From the NCBI RefSeq assembly GCF_018977255.1, contig NW_024704742.1, forward strand, positions 84,756,001 through 84,820,000: a stretch of DNA of 64,000 bases, read 5' to 3'. The notes beneath the pieces were generated by a model. It was not told where the DNA came from, ran no database searches, and saw nothing but the letters and a program-made list of their open reading frames with translations. A program made the translations under genes and the position numbers. Origin of the DNA: Callorhinchus milii. Taxonomy: Eukaryota. Position 1 is the stretch's first letter; every line of letters starts with the position of its first letter. Below, piece after piece: positions 39,976 to 53,660 of the stretch.

Positions 39976-40020
39976 CTCATGAAGATAGTCCATGGCACAA
40001 TATTTAACAGCTGCAAACAT
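39976..40020 (-). CDS. SHOC1: SHOC1 coding exon 1 (start codon), MFAAVKYCAMDYLHE
   Basis: Resembles human MFSALKYHAIDYLYE; in-frame TGA 12 nt upstream; donor GAG|GTAAAG; likely acceptor gives exon start 40072. Confidence 0.92.
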
Positions 40021-40344
40021 TCTGATGTGTCACTGAAAACGACACTATAGATATCCTCACCATATGTACTTCCTGCAACAAGGAGAGAAAGTGCTAAATC
40101 CGATCAATTGCAATTTCCAGTATGCAATCCAAATTTCTTAATAAAACTTTGATAGTAACATTACAATCTCACAGTGGGGAAATATTTGTGAACGCATGAG
40201 CTGGCCAGCTGCAGCATACATAGGTAAAAGGAGATCTCACTCTAACCCCTGTTATCGAATCCGCCTAATAACGAGGAGTTATAATGGGATTCTACTACGG
40301 GTAAACAGCCATTAACATCACATGCAACAATTTGTACTCATATA

Positions 40345-40700
40345 CAACAACAACAACAAGATTCCATTTATAAAGCGCCTTTCACGTCAGGAGGACGTCC
40401 CAAGGCGCTGCACAGTTGGGTCATGACCCGAGCAGGGGGGAAATGGTCAGGGTGAGGGGAGGGAAGGGAGGGAGCGAGGAGGGGGTAGAGAGTCGAGAGG
40501 GGAGCTGAAGGCTCGGTCAAAGAGAAAGGTCTTGAGACCGGCCTTGAAGGAGGAAAGGGAGGAGGCGGTGAAGGCACTGGGGGATAGAGTTCCAGAGCCT
40601 CGGGGCTGAGAGGCTGAAGGCCCGACCACCGATGGTAGGGCGATTGGGGCGGGGGACGTGGAGCAGACCGGAGCCGGAGGAACGGAGGGTACGGGCAGGT
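40345..40700 (-). mobile_element. Young L2 3' fragment
   Basis: CpG-rich, SFKAGLKTFLF, (caa)n tail; near-identical to 55583-55812. Confidence 0.88.
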
Positions 40701-41369
40701 AGGTAGCCCGGTTCACGCGGGGTAGCACCTCAAGAGTACTGAACGACGGCAGAGTTTGACGCGAGCCGGGGAGAAAGGAGGTGATTTTAGCCACCGTCAA
40801 AGAGGAAAGTCTTTAGGCGCAATATAAAGACGAGCAGAGGGGCCAAGGTCAAGCTCGAGGGAGGTAGTTCCATAGGGTACATATACAAATGAACATGATT
40901 TGCGTTGTTCTAGAAAACAAAGGTCGTCGGAGACTCAATTCTTTTTTTGGGAACCAAATATTTTAAACTGAAAGACGCAATTTTTGAACGTGGCTTTTTT
41001 TTAAAAAAAAAAAGGGGAAACGACAGTGAACAAAATAAGAGGTTTGCAAAATTAACAGTACAGCAAAAAAAGGTTTTCACTCTGCAAAGTGCAGCCCACG
41101 GAGCTGCGGGAAACTACCGTATCTAATCATTTGAAACGCACGCAAATTTAAGGCATTGGATAATTTACAAAAAAAAGGTCATCGATGCTGCGTTATCATC
41201 TTCCTCACTAAAATCTTACATGGCCAGAAAAATAATGGCTACCACTTCCTCAGCAATTAATGCCTTCCCTCTGAGCTTCACTATCTGGAACATTGAGCTT
41301 TTTTTTTTACCAAATCATCATTTAAATCAGATTCAATGGAGAGATGAGGTAAAAATCCTGTCAAGTGGC

Positions 41370-41830
41370 TTTGAAGCCGCGGTGGGTTGAGGGGGCACTG
41401 CACCCAACTCCAGGGTAACACCCCCCCCCACACACACCCCGCCCCTCCTCTCCGCGCGTCACACCGACGCTGACGCCGCCGCCGCCAGCCAATCACCGCC
41501 TCCCATTCACCGCCTCGTCACCATGGTGACGCCGTGTCCCCTCTCCCCCCCCCCCCCGTGCACTCAGCACGTGGCCGCTCGCGCGAGGTTTCCGGTTCGG
41601 TTTGAAGTTGGCGGCGGTTGGGTCTCGAGAGAGGGAGGCGCGTGGGAGGCGCGTGGGAGGCGGCACGTGACCTTGCGCTACGTTTGGGCGACTTATTTGA
41701 CTCCTTTGGGCTACAAACCTGTTTTGATGCCGGGCCGCCCAGAGAGCCCAGAGAGCCCTGGAGCCAACCTGACCAGCGTGGGCTGGGGTTTGTGTGGTGC
41801 ACGGCAGCCACAGAGTCACCTGGACGATCG
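41370..41830 (-). promoter_or_regulatory. CpG-island promoter / probable non-coding first exon of SHOC1
   Basis: CpG-dense block ~1.4 kb upstream of the ATG exon; GC box 41437-41445, CCAAT 41489-41493, CACGTG 41568-41573 and 41664-41669, TTTGAA 41601-41606. Confidence 0.75.
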
Positions 41831-41978
41831 TGTGGGGGGGGGGGTTTCTTACAATTAATCTTTATTTCCTATTGCAAATGACTCGAGTGCAGCAATGTCT
41901 GCTCCCAACTTCCCCGTCACTCCGTCCTTGTTCCCGGAGACGGATGGTTAACCTGCCATGAAAACGGTGGCGCTCTCA

Positions 41979-42009
<31 letters not shown>

Positions 42010-44834
42010 CGATCCTCTGCACAATCTAAATACAGTTCAACGCTTGGACTGAATACCATTAAGCATTTCTGAATACAATTATCATCATTCGTCCGCACGT
42101 TTCAGCTGTTGGGTCAGTGCACAGTAGGAAACCAGTACGGGGGTAACCGCACTGTGAATAAACAGCTTTGGGCGGGTGCGTAATTTTAAAGAATATTTAA
42201 CTGAAACCTGTAAAACGCCCCAGGGTGGGAGCAATGGCCATATTTTGGGAAAAGGGCAGTTACCAGGCATTAGAGGAGTAAACCTTCACAGCATTGCTGT
42301 GATTCAGCTCTCAGTTTACACCTAATTGTTGGCTACCAAATCTTTACTTTCCTCCCTACACCCATATTGTGCAATGAGGGAGTGGGAAAATGTCCCTGAG
42401 GATCATGGTGTTGAAAAGGATTCAACCACACCGGGGTCGGAATTCATCCGCTCCCCGAATCTAATTACTTAAGATTATTATACAGTAGGAAACTGGTTAT
42501 GGAATTACAATAACAACAAATTACATCTTTGTTGCACCTTTCACATAAAGAGCACATCCCAAGGGTGCCATACAGTCAAAGCTTTGAACCCAAGGAAAAT
42601 AGGTGAATTTGAGGCACGAGGATACAGCAGATTTAAATGAAGGAGGTTTCCTGCACTTAAACTTTCCTTTGAAACTTTGAAGGGTTTAAACTCCCCCCCA
42701 CCCCACATACACACACATTGAAACATGTGAAAAGAGCTAATTGCATTTAGCTGGAAATTCCAGCTTGCCAGACCAAATCTCTGCCCCACCTCCCCATTAC
42801 CTCGGCTACATGGGGTTTTGTTTATCCAAATTCTCCAAATAGAGTGAACATTTGCCCACAAATATACAGTCAATTCACTTTACAGTGTACTCTGTGAAGC
42901 GCTTTGGGACGTCCTCCCGACGTGAAAAGCGCTATATCAAATGCAAGGATTATTATTATTATTATTATAGAGTGAATGTCTCTGTTCATACATTGAGTGA
43001 ACAGAGACACAGCACTTCCTCAAAGGAGGGAGTATCACAGGCCAAGTCAGTTTGGCCAGCTCTAAAAGACCTTTTTAGGAACTGATTAGTTGCCTTTCTG
43101 GAACCAACAAATGTTTTGCAGGAACTCTAATACAGAGAGAATAAAGTATTAAGTATTTGGGGAACAACAATATCTCTGACAGGAAACAGCAGATACCTAT
43201 GAAAGTGTATCGTGGAACTTCAACAAATGAAAAGCAAACAAAATAAGACCAGATAAAAAAATGAGTGAAGTTGAATAAGTCCATTGAATGCACTGACATA
43301 AACCTGTACCAAAGATAGAAATGGAAAGGATTTAGAATAAACATTAAAATGAGTAGTGGAAACATCATTTAATAGAATTGTTTTTGTATGAAAGTAAGTG
43401 TATGTCTGCTTCACTGTAGTTGTCAATGTTGCGAAATCTTCAACTACTTTCTTTAGTATTATAGCTAGTACAATATAATTATATATTATATTAGATATAG
43501 TAAGTATGATATCTCTAAGTCACTAGCTGATCACTCCATTTTGATTTGTAACATACAGAGTGTACTGCCTAAAATATTTATTTTAAATAGATATGATTAC
43601 AGTTTGGAGACATTATCAGGCGGTGTTATGTTTCACAAATAATGTGCCCTCAAAATATTTGTAGAAATTTCTGCATGTTGGCATCCTAAGTAAATTAGTA
43701 CATTAGCAAATGCTGAATCCATTTCAGTACAGATTTTCTGTGTTAGTCTTGACAATGAATTGGGCCATTAAAGATGAATTTGATCATGTCCTCAGCCAGT
43801 GTCCTCCAGCATCAGTAGCTAGTAACCAGGAGAAGCTTCTCTCAGTTCTCTCTCATAGGCCAAGGATGCTGAGGCCACCTGTAGAAAAGAACAGCTACAA
43901 CGATTCAACCTACAGCTTTGTGTATTACTCAATGCTAATGGTTGACTTTGCCAACTTGGCCATTAGGGGAAGCACTGGTTCAGCAATATTAGCAATTGAG
44001 AACGAATACATTTCGGTCAATGTATAATAATCCTTGCATTTGATATAGCGCCTTATGTCTTCAAGACACCTCAAAGCGCTTCAGAGAATATACTGTAAAG
44101 TGAATTGACTGTACATTTTGTGGGAGAAATGCAACAGCCAATTGAGCAGCGAGGTGTCCCACAAACAGCCATGGATTGAAGTGACCAATTTATTATTATT
44201 ATTTTTTGGAAGGAATTATTACCCCCGAAAAAGTGATCTGCTAATCGACTAACAATTGGATTCATGTCATTGCATTATTGTTCATGTCATTCTTCAGGTA
44301 ACAATTTAAATAAATAGTTCCAGCAGCAAATCAATGGAAGGATAAACATTAAAACATGTGAAAAGAAAAGTTAAATGTCAGAGACACACTTTGTTTACCA
44401 TTACTTCTTATAATATTACTTTAAAAGTGTTCGACTGTAATGTGTTTCTTTGTTGAAAAATAGTTTCTCATTAAATTTTTTTTAATATTGTAGTCTGTCT
44501 TTGGGAATTTGATAATCAAAGTGATGAAATACGGAAGAAATAAGAATTCTATTTCAGGCCATTGCTTAACAAAAAATATTCTTTACTTTGAAATTTGGAG
44601 GGCCTCTCAGTTTACAAATATGAAAAGTTATTTTTCCACAGATGTCATCAATGTTCTGCACAGTGGGTAGAACATTGTTACCCAACCTAAAAACCTCGAA
44701 AATTGACTAATAAGGTGGAGACTGGTTATACAAATAATTTACACCCAGTCTCCTCATTACTAATAAATTATGTAGTTAGAAATAGAGCAGAAACCCTTTC
44801 AACACTTTTGTATTAAGTGGCATTTAGATCTCAG

Positions 44835-45215
44835 ACTGGCTCAGTTGGTAGCCCACTCGCCTAAGTCAGAAGACTGTGGATTCAAGGCCCATGTCAAGAC
44901 TTTGAACTCACAAAGTCAGGCTGACACTTTAATACAGTGCTGAGGGGTTACTGCATTGTACGAGGTGCCGTCCTTCAGACAAGATGTTAAATTGAGGTCC
45001 TGTTTGTCTTTTCAAATGTCAAAGATCGTAGAATGCTTTTCAAAATGAGAAGGAGTTTTTCCTGGCCAACAACCCCCAACATTGACTCCTTGGCTGTTTG
45101 TGGGTCATTTCTGTGTGTAAATTGACTGCCACATTCTCCTACAAAGTACACAGTTGTTACACTTTACAGAATATCCTATGAAACCATTGTGAAAGGCACT
45201 ATTATAAATGCAAAG
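44835..45215 (+). mobile_element. Old Deu-domain SINE
   Basis: gaggtgccgtccttcagacaagatgttaaattgaggtcc core. Confidence 0.75.
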
Positions 45216-45874
45216 ATTCTATGATTATTTGCTTGATGAACAGGAACAGATTTTAATTTAATGCAATTGTGAGGTGATGCTATTTGGGCTTCATCCTTCG
45301 GGACCTGTGTAATTAGCTCAGGGTTTGGGTTTCTTCTCACAAAGGCTGAAAGATTGATTTCATGCAAAATTTTATGTATCTACATTATATAATGTAGGGC
45401 AATGCTTCATCTAAGCACAATTTTCTATTTGCATAAATACCCAATTGCCTATCAGTGGCATGATATGTCTGATACATTATCTATTCTGCACAATCTAAAA
45501 AATCAGCAGGTAATATCAAGCCAATTGCACATTAATCTGTAGTCAAGGATCACATCATAATTAACATTAAAAACAAATTTCTATGTGAGTGCTATTTACC
45601 CATAACACATCTTGGGGGTAATCAAATTGTGATTGCTAAAAATAGCAATCCTTTCATTACATATTTATAATGGGAAGCCCAATAGAAATATGTAAGAATA
45701 AAATGATAATAATAATAATTCTTACATTTAGTATAGCACATTTCCTGTTGGGAGGGCATCCCAAAGTGCTTCACAGAATAAACTGAAAAGTGCAGTGATT
45801 ATGTTTTGTGAGCAAAGGCAATAATACCCTATTGATCGCGTGTTGTTTCTCTACATTGAGGAGAACTCTACGTG

Positions 45875-46230
45875 GGAATCCAGTGGTTAGAGCACTCGCC
45901 TTGCAAGCGAGAGACCTGGGATCTATTCCCGGCAGGGCGAAATCTTGAACAAATTTCCTCACTCCACATGCCTCTGTTTACCTAGCAGTAAGTAGAAACC
46001 TGGTTGTTAGTTAATTGGCGAATTACATTTCTGGGGCTAATAATCCCTCGAAAAAAAATGTGGTCACTCAATCCACAACTGTTTGTGGGACACTGCTGTG
46101 TGCAATTGGCTGCCACGTTTCACCCACAAATATAGTCAATTCAGTTCACAGTATATTCTGTGAAGCGCTTTGAGAAGTCTAGAATACATGATAAGGCCCT
46201 ATATTAAATGCAAGGATTATTATTATTATT
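45875..46230 (+). mobile_element. tRNA-derived SINE, long form
   Basis: Same family; partial copies also at ~3075-3225, 21545-21715, 42851-42968, 44024-44265, 46578-46805, 57900-58105. Confidence 0.85.
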
Positions 46231-48015
46231 ACATTTTCTTTTCAATAATGGAGGCAATAATACTGTCACAACGAGGTATTAATGATTGCTATTCATAATA
46301 ATAAAACCTAATCATACTGTCACAATGAGGTAATAATAGAACCCATTAACTGTGTATCTAATTGACAAAATGTACAACAGACCTTCTCCCCATAATTCAG
46401 GTACTTCAATGAGTGACAGTTATATATCTTTAATTAATTCCACAAATAGCCAATAGGTGGTAGTCCTAAGTCTTGAAACAATTTGCTATATTGAGTAAAA
46501 TAATTTGAACCAAAAAATGTTTTTTTTAAAATGCAGGAATCAGAGCAAATCTACCTGGAGTTGAACTGGTAGAGACAATATAATAATAATAATCCTTGCA
46601 TTTGACATAGGGCTTTTCATGACTTCTAAAATATACTGTAAAGTGAATTGCCTGTATATTTTGTGGGTGAAACGCAGAAGCCAATTGCGCACAGCAGTGT
46701 CCCACAAACAGTCGTGGATTGAGTGACCAAATTATTTTTTTTCTTGAGGGATTATTATCAGGTGTGTGGAGTAAGGAAACTTGCCCAAGGTTTTACCCTG
46801 CCAGTCCTATAACGATTGAGAAATCTTTTTTCTGCATGAAAGTGGCTACTGAGAAGTTCCTTTTTTAAACAAAAGCAAAAGCTAAGCATAAGCTTAATTG
46901 ACAAATTATCATAAACTATAAACTTGAAGTCATCTGCTCCTTCCTGAGGATGTGCTTTGCGTACCAGTGACAATTTCATTTTCTCAAACTTGAGAAACTG
47001 AAAAGTAAAGATGTAGTACCTGTATGATAGCAAATATATTTGCATAACTCAAATATTTAAACTTGTTTTTGTGCAATATACAGTAAATAATTTAGTTACT
47101 ATATTTATACCTACCCTTAACCAGAAATGCAAAACGTTTCCCCTAACTTTACATGCCTGATTTCAAGCTGTACTTCAACAAAAAAACCCATGTCAGTAAT
47201 TATCACTCACATTTGGTCAAATTCCATTATTGGCCATATTCCATCAAGAAATATAACAGACAGGACATCATAAAAAAAATTCAAAGGTGTGTGGTTAGCT
47301 TGCTTTTGGAGATACATATGATGTATACATACTCTTCAAAAATATATATATTTTTCCAAGTATGTTAAAAGTAATCTGACCTGCTGTGTGTTCCCAGCGA
47401 CTTCTATGTTTATACCAAATTTTCAGCATCTGCAGTAGTTTTGTTAAAAGTAATCTAATCGATTTGATTAAATAATGAAACTTGAAGTTGTAAACAAGTC
47501 TTTAACAGTAAGGAACAAAGATGTTCACCCTCTGTCTTTTTTTCTTACAGTGAATTTTTATTTTCTGTTGCAGTTGAGTCGAGTGTAACAATGTCTGATA
47601 CCAGTAACATCCTCGTCACTCCATGCATGTTACTGAAGTTGTGGCACTGAACCTGGATCATTATCTGCCATGAAAATGATGGAGCTCACACACACTGACC
47701 CTCTGGACATCTAAATACAGTTAAACACTTGTACCGAATACAATTAAGTATTTCTAAATATAATTATCATCATTCTTCCACATGTTTCAGTTGTTGGTCA
47801 CTTCACTTTTGAAAAAAAACGTGACAGCAACAGAACTTTGTGAACACTGTATACAGAGGGCAAATACAGTAAAATGTATCAGTGCTTATTCACACCGCTA
47901 AGCTGCATTGTTGCCTTAACCATTAATATTGGCCCAGGATGGTTGTTCTCTGCAATGGCCTTTATATGATATCATGCGCCTATGCTCCTATCCAAATAGA
48001 AATTTCATCTACCGT

Positions 48016-48885
48016 GGAGTCCCGTATCTCAGTGGTTAGAGCACTCGCCTCGCAAGCGAGAGACTTGGGTTTGATTCCTGGCAGGGTGAAACCTTGAGCA
48101 AGTTTCTTTACTCCACACGCCTGATAATAATCCCTCAAGAAAAAAAATAATAAGTTGATCACTTCAATCCACGACTGTTTGTGGGACACTGCTGTGCGCA
48201 ATTGCTGCCGCATTTCGCCCACAAAATATACAGTCAATTCACTTTACAGTGTGTTCTGTGAAGCGCTTTGGGACGTCCTCCCGACGTGAAAAGCGCTATA
48301 TCAAATGCAAGGATTATTATTATTATTATAGGAGTGTTTCCGTGTCATTATTTATTGATATTTTGGTGTCTCCAGATATAGGAATGAGAAATAAATAAAA
48401 TAAATAAAAATAACCCAGTGTGTAGTAAATCAAAGTTGGAGTCTGCACGACTGAGATATGCTGCAGGCATTTGAGCGGATGGGGGCTTTCGAACTCACAG
48501 ATCACTTGTAGAATTTCATATTTCTATATGAACAGCAATACACTCTTGTAACTCAGTGGTTAGAGCACTCGCCTTGCAAGCGAGTGACCTGGGTTCAATT
48601 CTCAGTAGAGTGAAACCTTGGGCAAGTTTCCTTACTCTAAACATATGCCTGATAATAATCTCTCAAGAAAAAATAATAATTTGGTCATTCACTCCATGAC
48701 TGTTTGTGGGATCTGCTGTGCGCATTTGACTGCCGTGTTTCGCTCACAAATATACAGTCAAATCACTTTACAGTATATTCTGTGAAGCGCTTTGAGACAT
48801 CTAGATTATTATTATTATTATTATTATTATCTAGAAGACATGAAAAGTGCTATATCAAATGCAAGGTTTATTATTTATTTATTTA
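48016..48885 (+). mobile_element. Two tRNA-derived SINEs (48016-48329, ~48545-48885)
   Basis: Same family. Confidence 0.9.
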
Positions 48886-49975
48886 CAGCAATCCCCACTT
48901 GATCCTGATTGAACTAGAAACAATCTGTTTAGAGATTTATAATAATTTGATGTAGCATTTGATATAGTGCCTCATCACATCGGAAGGACGTCTCAAAGTG
49001 CTGCACAGGAATTACTATGAAATGGAGTGACTGTATTTGTAGGCAAACGTGGCAAAACAAATACATTTTTCTACAGAGCAAGAGAAATCACAAGGTGAAG
49101 GATGAGATTAGGAATTTAGTAGCATAACGTTTTATACAGTGTTGTAGTCATATTCAGTGGATATTGTTTGGGTCTCAGAGTTATATTGAATCACAAGCAG
49201 TTTCTAGTGATCTGCTATCCATCTAATTCGCTCCAGAATTGAGCAAGGAGGATGTTTCCCTCCAGGGCGAGAATGTGCATTCCATTCCAATACACAGGGA
49301 TTTCCATGTGTAAGTGGTTTGCATGGAATTCTCAGTTTGGTTGGATTCTCTTAAGCATCTCTTAACCATCAAAACCTAGCAAGGGCATAAAACAGAAGTT
49401 TTTTTTTTCGGGGGGGGTTGTGTGGGGGGGGTTTTGGGGATGAGTTTTCTGCAAGTGACATTCTTGGCAAGTCGATCCTGTGGTAGTCTCAATGGGCTGA
49501 TACCTGAGTCAACGGGGCTCTGTTGATGCAGACCAGCCTCCCTGGCAGGACTGGGAAGGGCAGACAAGTCATTGGAGGCTGGGATTCTTCTCACTTGGCT
49601 CCTGGTAGCTCTCAAAGACAAAGCCCTAACAGGTACTATGGTGGTACTAAATAAGCAGAGGGAAACTCTCCAATGGTTTCCAATGGTAGTCTCTGTGATT
49701 TCAACTTGCTGAACTCCATCAATATCCCAATGTAAATTTTAGGGTCTCCAAGACTTGGCTCCTGCCAATCTGCATCTAAATTCTCTGGGATTAGATAAAT
49801 AAGGTACATCGCTCCAAGGAGAGACTGCACACCGCATGACAGATAAAAGGAAATTATACATAAAGTGGAACTGTAGCGTATTGGTTAGAGCTTTCACCTC
49901 GCAAGTGAGAGGACCTGGACTCAATTCCCGGGCAAGGCGAAACCTTAGGCAAGTTTCTATACTCCACACTCCTCT

Positions 49976-50545
49976 GTTTCTTCCACCTCCAACGCATCGC
50001 CCTTCTCCGCCAATACCTCTCTCCAAAAGCCGCTGAAATCCTGGTCCATGCCTTTGTGACCTCTCAGCAGGACTACTCTAACGCCCTCCTCGCCGGTCTC
50101 CCATCCACTACCATCCATAAAATCCAAATCATTCAAAACTTTGCCGCCCGAATTCTCACCGCATGAACTCTGCTCCCCGATCAACCTAGTCCTTGCCAGA
50201 CTGCACTGGCTGCCTGTCCCTGAGAGGATAGATTTCAAGATCCTCACCCTCATATTCAAGTCCCTGCATTCCTCTGCACCCCCTACCTCTCTGACCTCCT
50301 CTCTCCTCAACACAGTACCTCCAGGTCTGGCCTCCTCCTCGTCCCCCGAGTCCTCCGCTCCACCCTCAGTGGCCGTGCCTTCAGCCACTATGCCCCGAGG
50401 CTCTGGAACTGCCTTCCTCATTCCTTTCGTCTCGTTCCCTCCCTTCCCATTTTCAGGTCTCTGCTGAAGACCTTTCTTTTCGCTCTGAGACACCGTCCTG
50501 TGTGGAGGGCGCTATATAAATCCAAGTTATTGTTGTTGTTGTTGT
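49976..50545 (+). mobile_element. L2 3' fragment inserted in a SINE (49866-50810)
   Basis: SINE head precedes it and the SINE body resumes at gtttacctagcag after the (gtt)n tail. Confidence 0.88.
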
Positions 50546-51119
50546 TTACCTAGCAGTAAGCAGGAACTCATTTGTTATTTGATTAGTGGATCGCTTTCCC
50601 GGGGTAATAATTCCTTCAAAAATACTACACTAATAATTTGCTCACTCAATCCACGACTGTTTGTTGGACATTGCTGTGCGCAAATGGCTGCCGCAGGTTG
50701 TCAGCAAAATATAGTCAATTCACTTTACAGTATATTCTGTGAAATGCTTTGAGACGTCACCACAAAGTAAAAAAGTGCTATTTCACATGCAAGGATTATT
50801 ATTATTATTACTATAATTTGTTCAGAGACTCTTAAGCATGGTGTTGCAAGTATCAATACCCAACTGATGTACACTTTACATGCAAGCTTTGTATCCAGCA
50901 CTTTGAAAGAGAGCCAGTACTTATCTTTATTTTTTACAAACTGACTTGAATATGTCGGATATTAGTGAAAATTAAATTGTTGAGCTATCTAGGCCTTTAA
51001 TTCAACAATAAATTGAATATTTAAATATAAAGGAATACTTGACACTACAAATAATGTTTAGTGGTTTTGTCAGCAACAATGTTATCTTCACAAATCTGAT
51101 CCACTCCACACCCCTATCT

Positions 51120-52203
51120 ATCACACCCCTCCTCGATCCCTCTAATTTCTCACACTACCGCCCCATTTCCAACCTGCCCTTCCTTGCCAAAGTTCTGGAA
51201 CGCATTGTTGCAGGTCAACTTCGGTCACACCTCTCCCTCCATTCCCTCCTTGAGCCCCTGCAGTCTGGTCTTCGCCCTGCCCACAGCACAGAGACAGTGC
51301 CTGTCAAAGTAACAAACAATGCCCTCTGTGACCAGGGCTCACTCTGCCTCCTCATCCTCCTGGATCTCTCTATCACATTCAACACAGTCAACCACGCCAT
51401 CCTCCTCCACCGCCTCTCCTCCCTCATCCACCAGAGTAGGTCCGCACTCGCATGGTTCGAATCCTACCTAACCAACCGCCTCTATTTCATCTCAGCAATG
51501 GTTTCTCCTCCTGCCCCCATACTTTGCCTCCTTCAGTACCAACTCCAGGTCCGCCAATGTTCTATCAGCTGGTCTGGTAGATATCAGGGCCTAGATGAGT
51601 GCAAACTTCCTGCAGCTGAATGTGGACAAGACGGAAGCCATATTCCTTGGCTACTGTCAATGTCTTCACTTCTGCGGATCTAAACTCCTCAACCTCCCTG
51701 GGCTCTCCCTTAGACTCATTGAACCAGTGCGCAACCTAGGCATCCAGTTCGACCCCCAGCTGTCCTTCCTCCCTCACATCCAGTCCCTGACCAGGACCAC
51801 CTTCTTCCACCTCCGTGACATTGCCCACCTCCAACCGTACCTTACCCTAAATGCAGCAGAAACCCTTGTGCATGCATTTGTCACCTCCCGCCTGGTTTAC
51901 TCAAACACACTCCTCGCTGGTCTCCCCATCTGCACTATTCAAAAGATCCAGCGCATTCAGAACTCTGCCGCCCATATACTGACCCGGACCAAACTCCGTA
52001 CCCACATCTCACCAGGTCTGGCCAGGCTCCACTGGCTCCTCATCACTGAACGGATCAACTTCAAGATCCTCACTCTCATGTTCAAATCCATTCACTCCCT
52101 GCGCCTCCCCACCCCTCCGACCTCCTCACTCTCCAATTCACCACCCGGTGCATCCACTTGACTGCATGGAGGGCGCTATATAAGTGCAGGTGGTTGTTGT
52201 TGT
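51120..52203 (+). mobile_element. L2 fragment with internal deletions
   Basis: YRPISNLPFLAKVLERIV; SRLVYSNTLLAGLP. Confidence 0.9.
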
Positions 52204-52714
52204 AATCACACCAGAAATAAAAAAAAGTATATTTGTATTGTTTGTGACAGACCTATATTTGTAGCTAAAATAGATAACAACCTTCCAAAATGAGGCACAT
52301 GCTACTCGGCACATATACACATCATGTTGCAAGTTGCCCTGGTATGTGTTCTTTCGAATTGCTAACTAGCAGCTAATCTCTAGCAGCCACTCTGGCTCCT
52401 TACTGATCACTTAAAAAGCTCAGTATTTAAAAACAACGTACTGTTAATTATTTCTATTACCCATCTCAATAATTAACTAAACTTGTAAACTGCCAATCTG
52501 ATTTGTGCCTTATACTTAAATTGCTACGTCAAATTGTACCAGCCACAGAGAGGCGTATCTACTATTATATCTCTTTAATGTTGAACTTTATATTTTTGCT
52601 TTGGTGTTTTCTTTCCCACATTGGTCCCCCCTCTCTCTCTCTCTGGCCCAAATAGCTAAACATGGAAAAATGATAGATTTTTACCATCGATGGTCTTGAT
52701 CCAGCTACCAAGAG

Positions 52715-52860
52715 AGATCATAAAATCATACAGCACAGAAGGAGGCGATTCGGCCCATTGTGTCTATGCCAGATCTTTGAAAAGAGCAATCCAAATCAAT
52801 CCCACTCCCTCATTCTCTCCCCAGAGCCCTGTAAACTTGTCCTTCCCAAATAATTATCTA
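52715..52860 (-). mobile_element. CR1 3' UTR fragment
   Basis: Similar to the tail at 31265-31400. Confidence 0.7.
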
Positions 52861-53084
52861 TACAGAAAAAAAGCTCTCAATGCTGTTTTTTTAGCCTTTG
52901 ACTTTTCCTTCTGTTCCTTGGGTAAGCACCAACTCTCAAGGCATAACTAAGATCAACATCTCAGATTGATATACAGATGTTTGGTTTGTAGATTCACTTT
53001 GGAACTTTTTTTATATATAGTTATTTTATAGGTTATCCTATCCCTTTACCTTCTGTTAATGTTTTATCCACTATTATCAAGATA

Positions 53085-53660
53085 TCAGCTTGGCTCATTT
53101 GGTAGCAACAACACATCACATCACACTTGTATAGGGCCCTTCAAGTCGGAAAGACGTCCCAGGGCACTAGACAGTCATGGTTTTTTGGAACCAACCTGAG
53201 GGTTGGGGATCAGGAGGGGTTGAGGGCAAGGTTTGGGGGAGGGAGGGTGGCCGAAGGCATGGTTGAAGAGGAAGATCTTTAGACAGGACTTAAAGGAAGC
53301 AAGAGAGGGAATGAGGTGGAGGGATTGCGGGATAGAGCTCCAGAATGTGGGGACAGAGATGCTGAATGCCCAACTGCCAATGGTTGGGCGCGAAGTGCTG
53401 GTGTCAGAGGTCCTTTGGATGAGAAGTTAAACCAAGGTCCTGTTTGTCTGTTCAGATAAATGTGCTAAAGGACCTGTGGTACCATTTCAAAAGAGTAGTG
53501 AATTTCTCCCAGTGTCCTACAAGGCTAAAATGTGTTATTAATTTCATGGCTGTTTGTGGGATATTGCTATGTAAATTGGCTGCAGTGCTCGCCCAGTAGC
53601 TGCGTTTTACAGTAATCATGTGAAGAGTTTTGAGATGTTTTTTGACGTGAAAAAGTTATT
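53085..53660. mobile_element. Deu-type SINE (+) interrupted by an L2 tail (-, ~53106-53390)
   Basis: SINE head, then L2 fragment, then Deu-like core. Confidence 0.65.

Larger units (their letters stand above)
2413..40072 (-). other. SHOC1: SHOC1 gene body (5' part; 3' exons lie left of the window)
   Basis: 20 GT-AG exons with compatible phases; peptides match recalled human SHOC1 (e.g. [28 protein letters not shown]); UGCG neighbour in divergent orientation. Confidence 0.95.

Noticed and set aside
47375..47445. Short motif resembling shark Penelope-type ends (also ~58105-58222)
   Set aside because: Too short and decayed to call without a search
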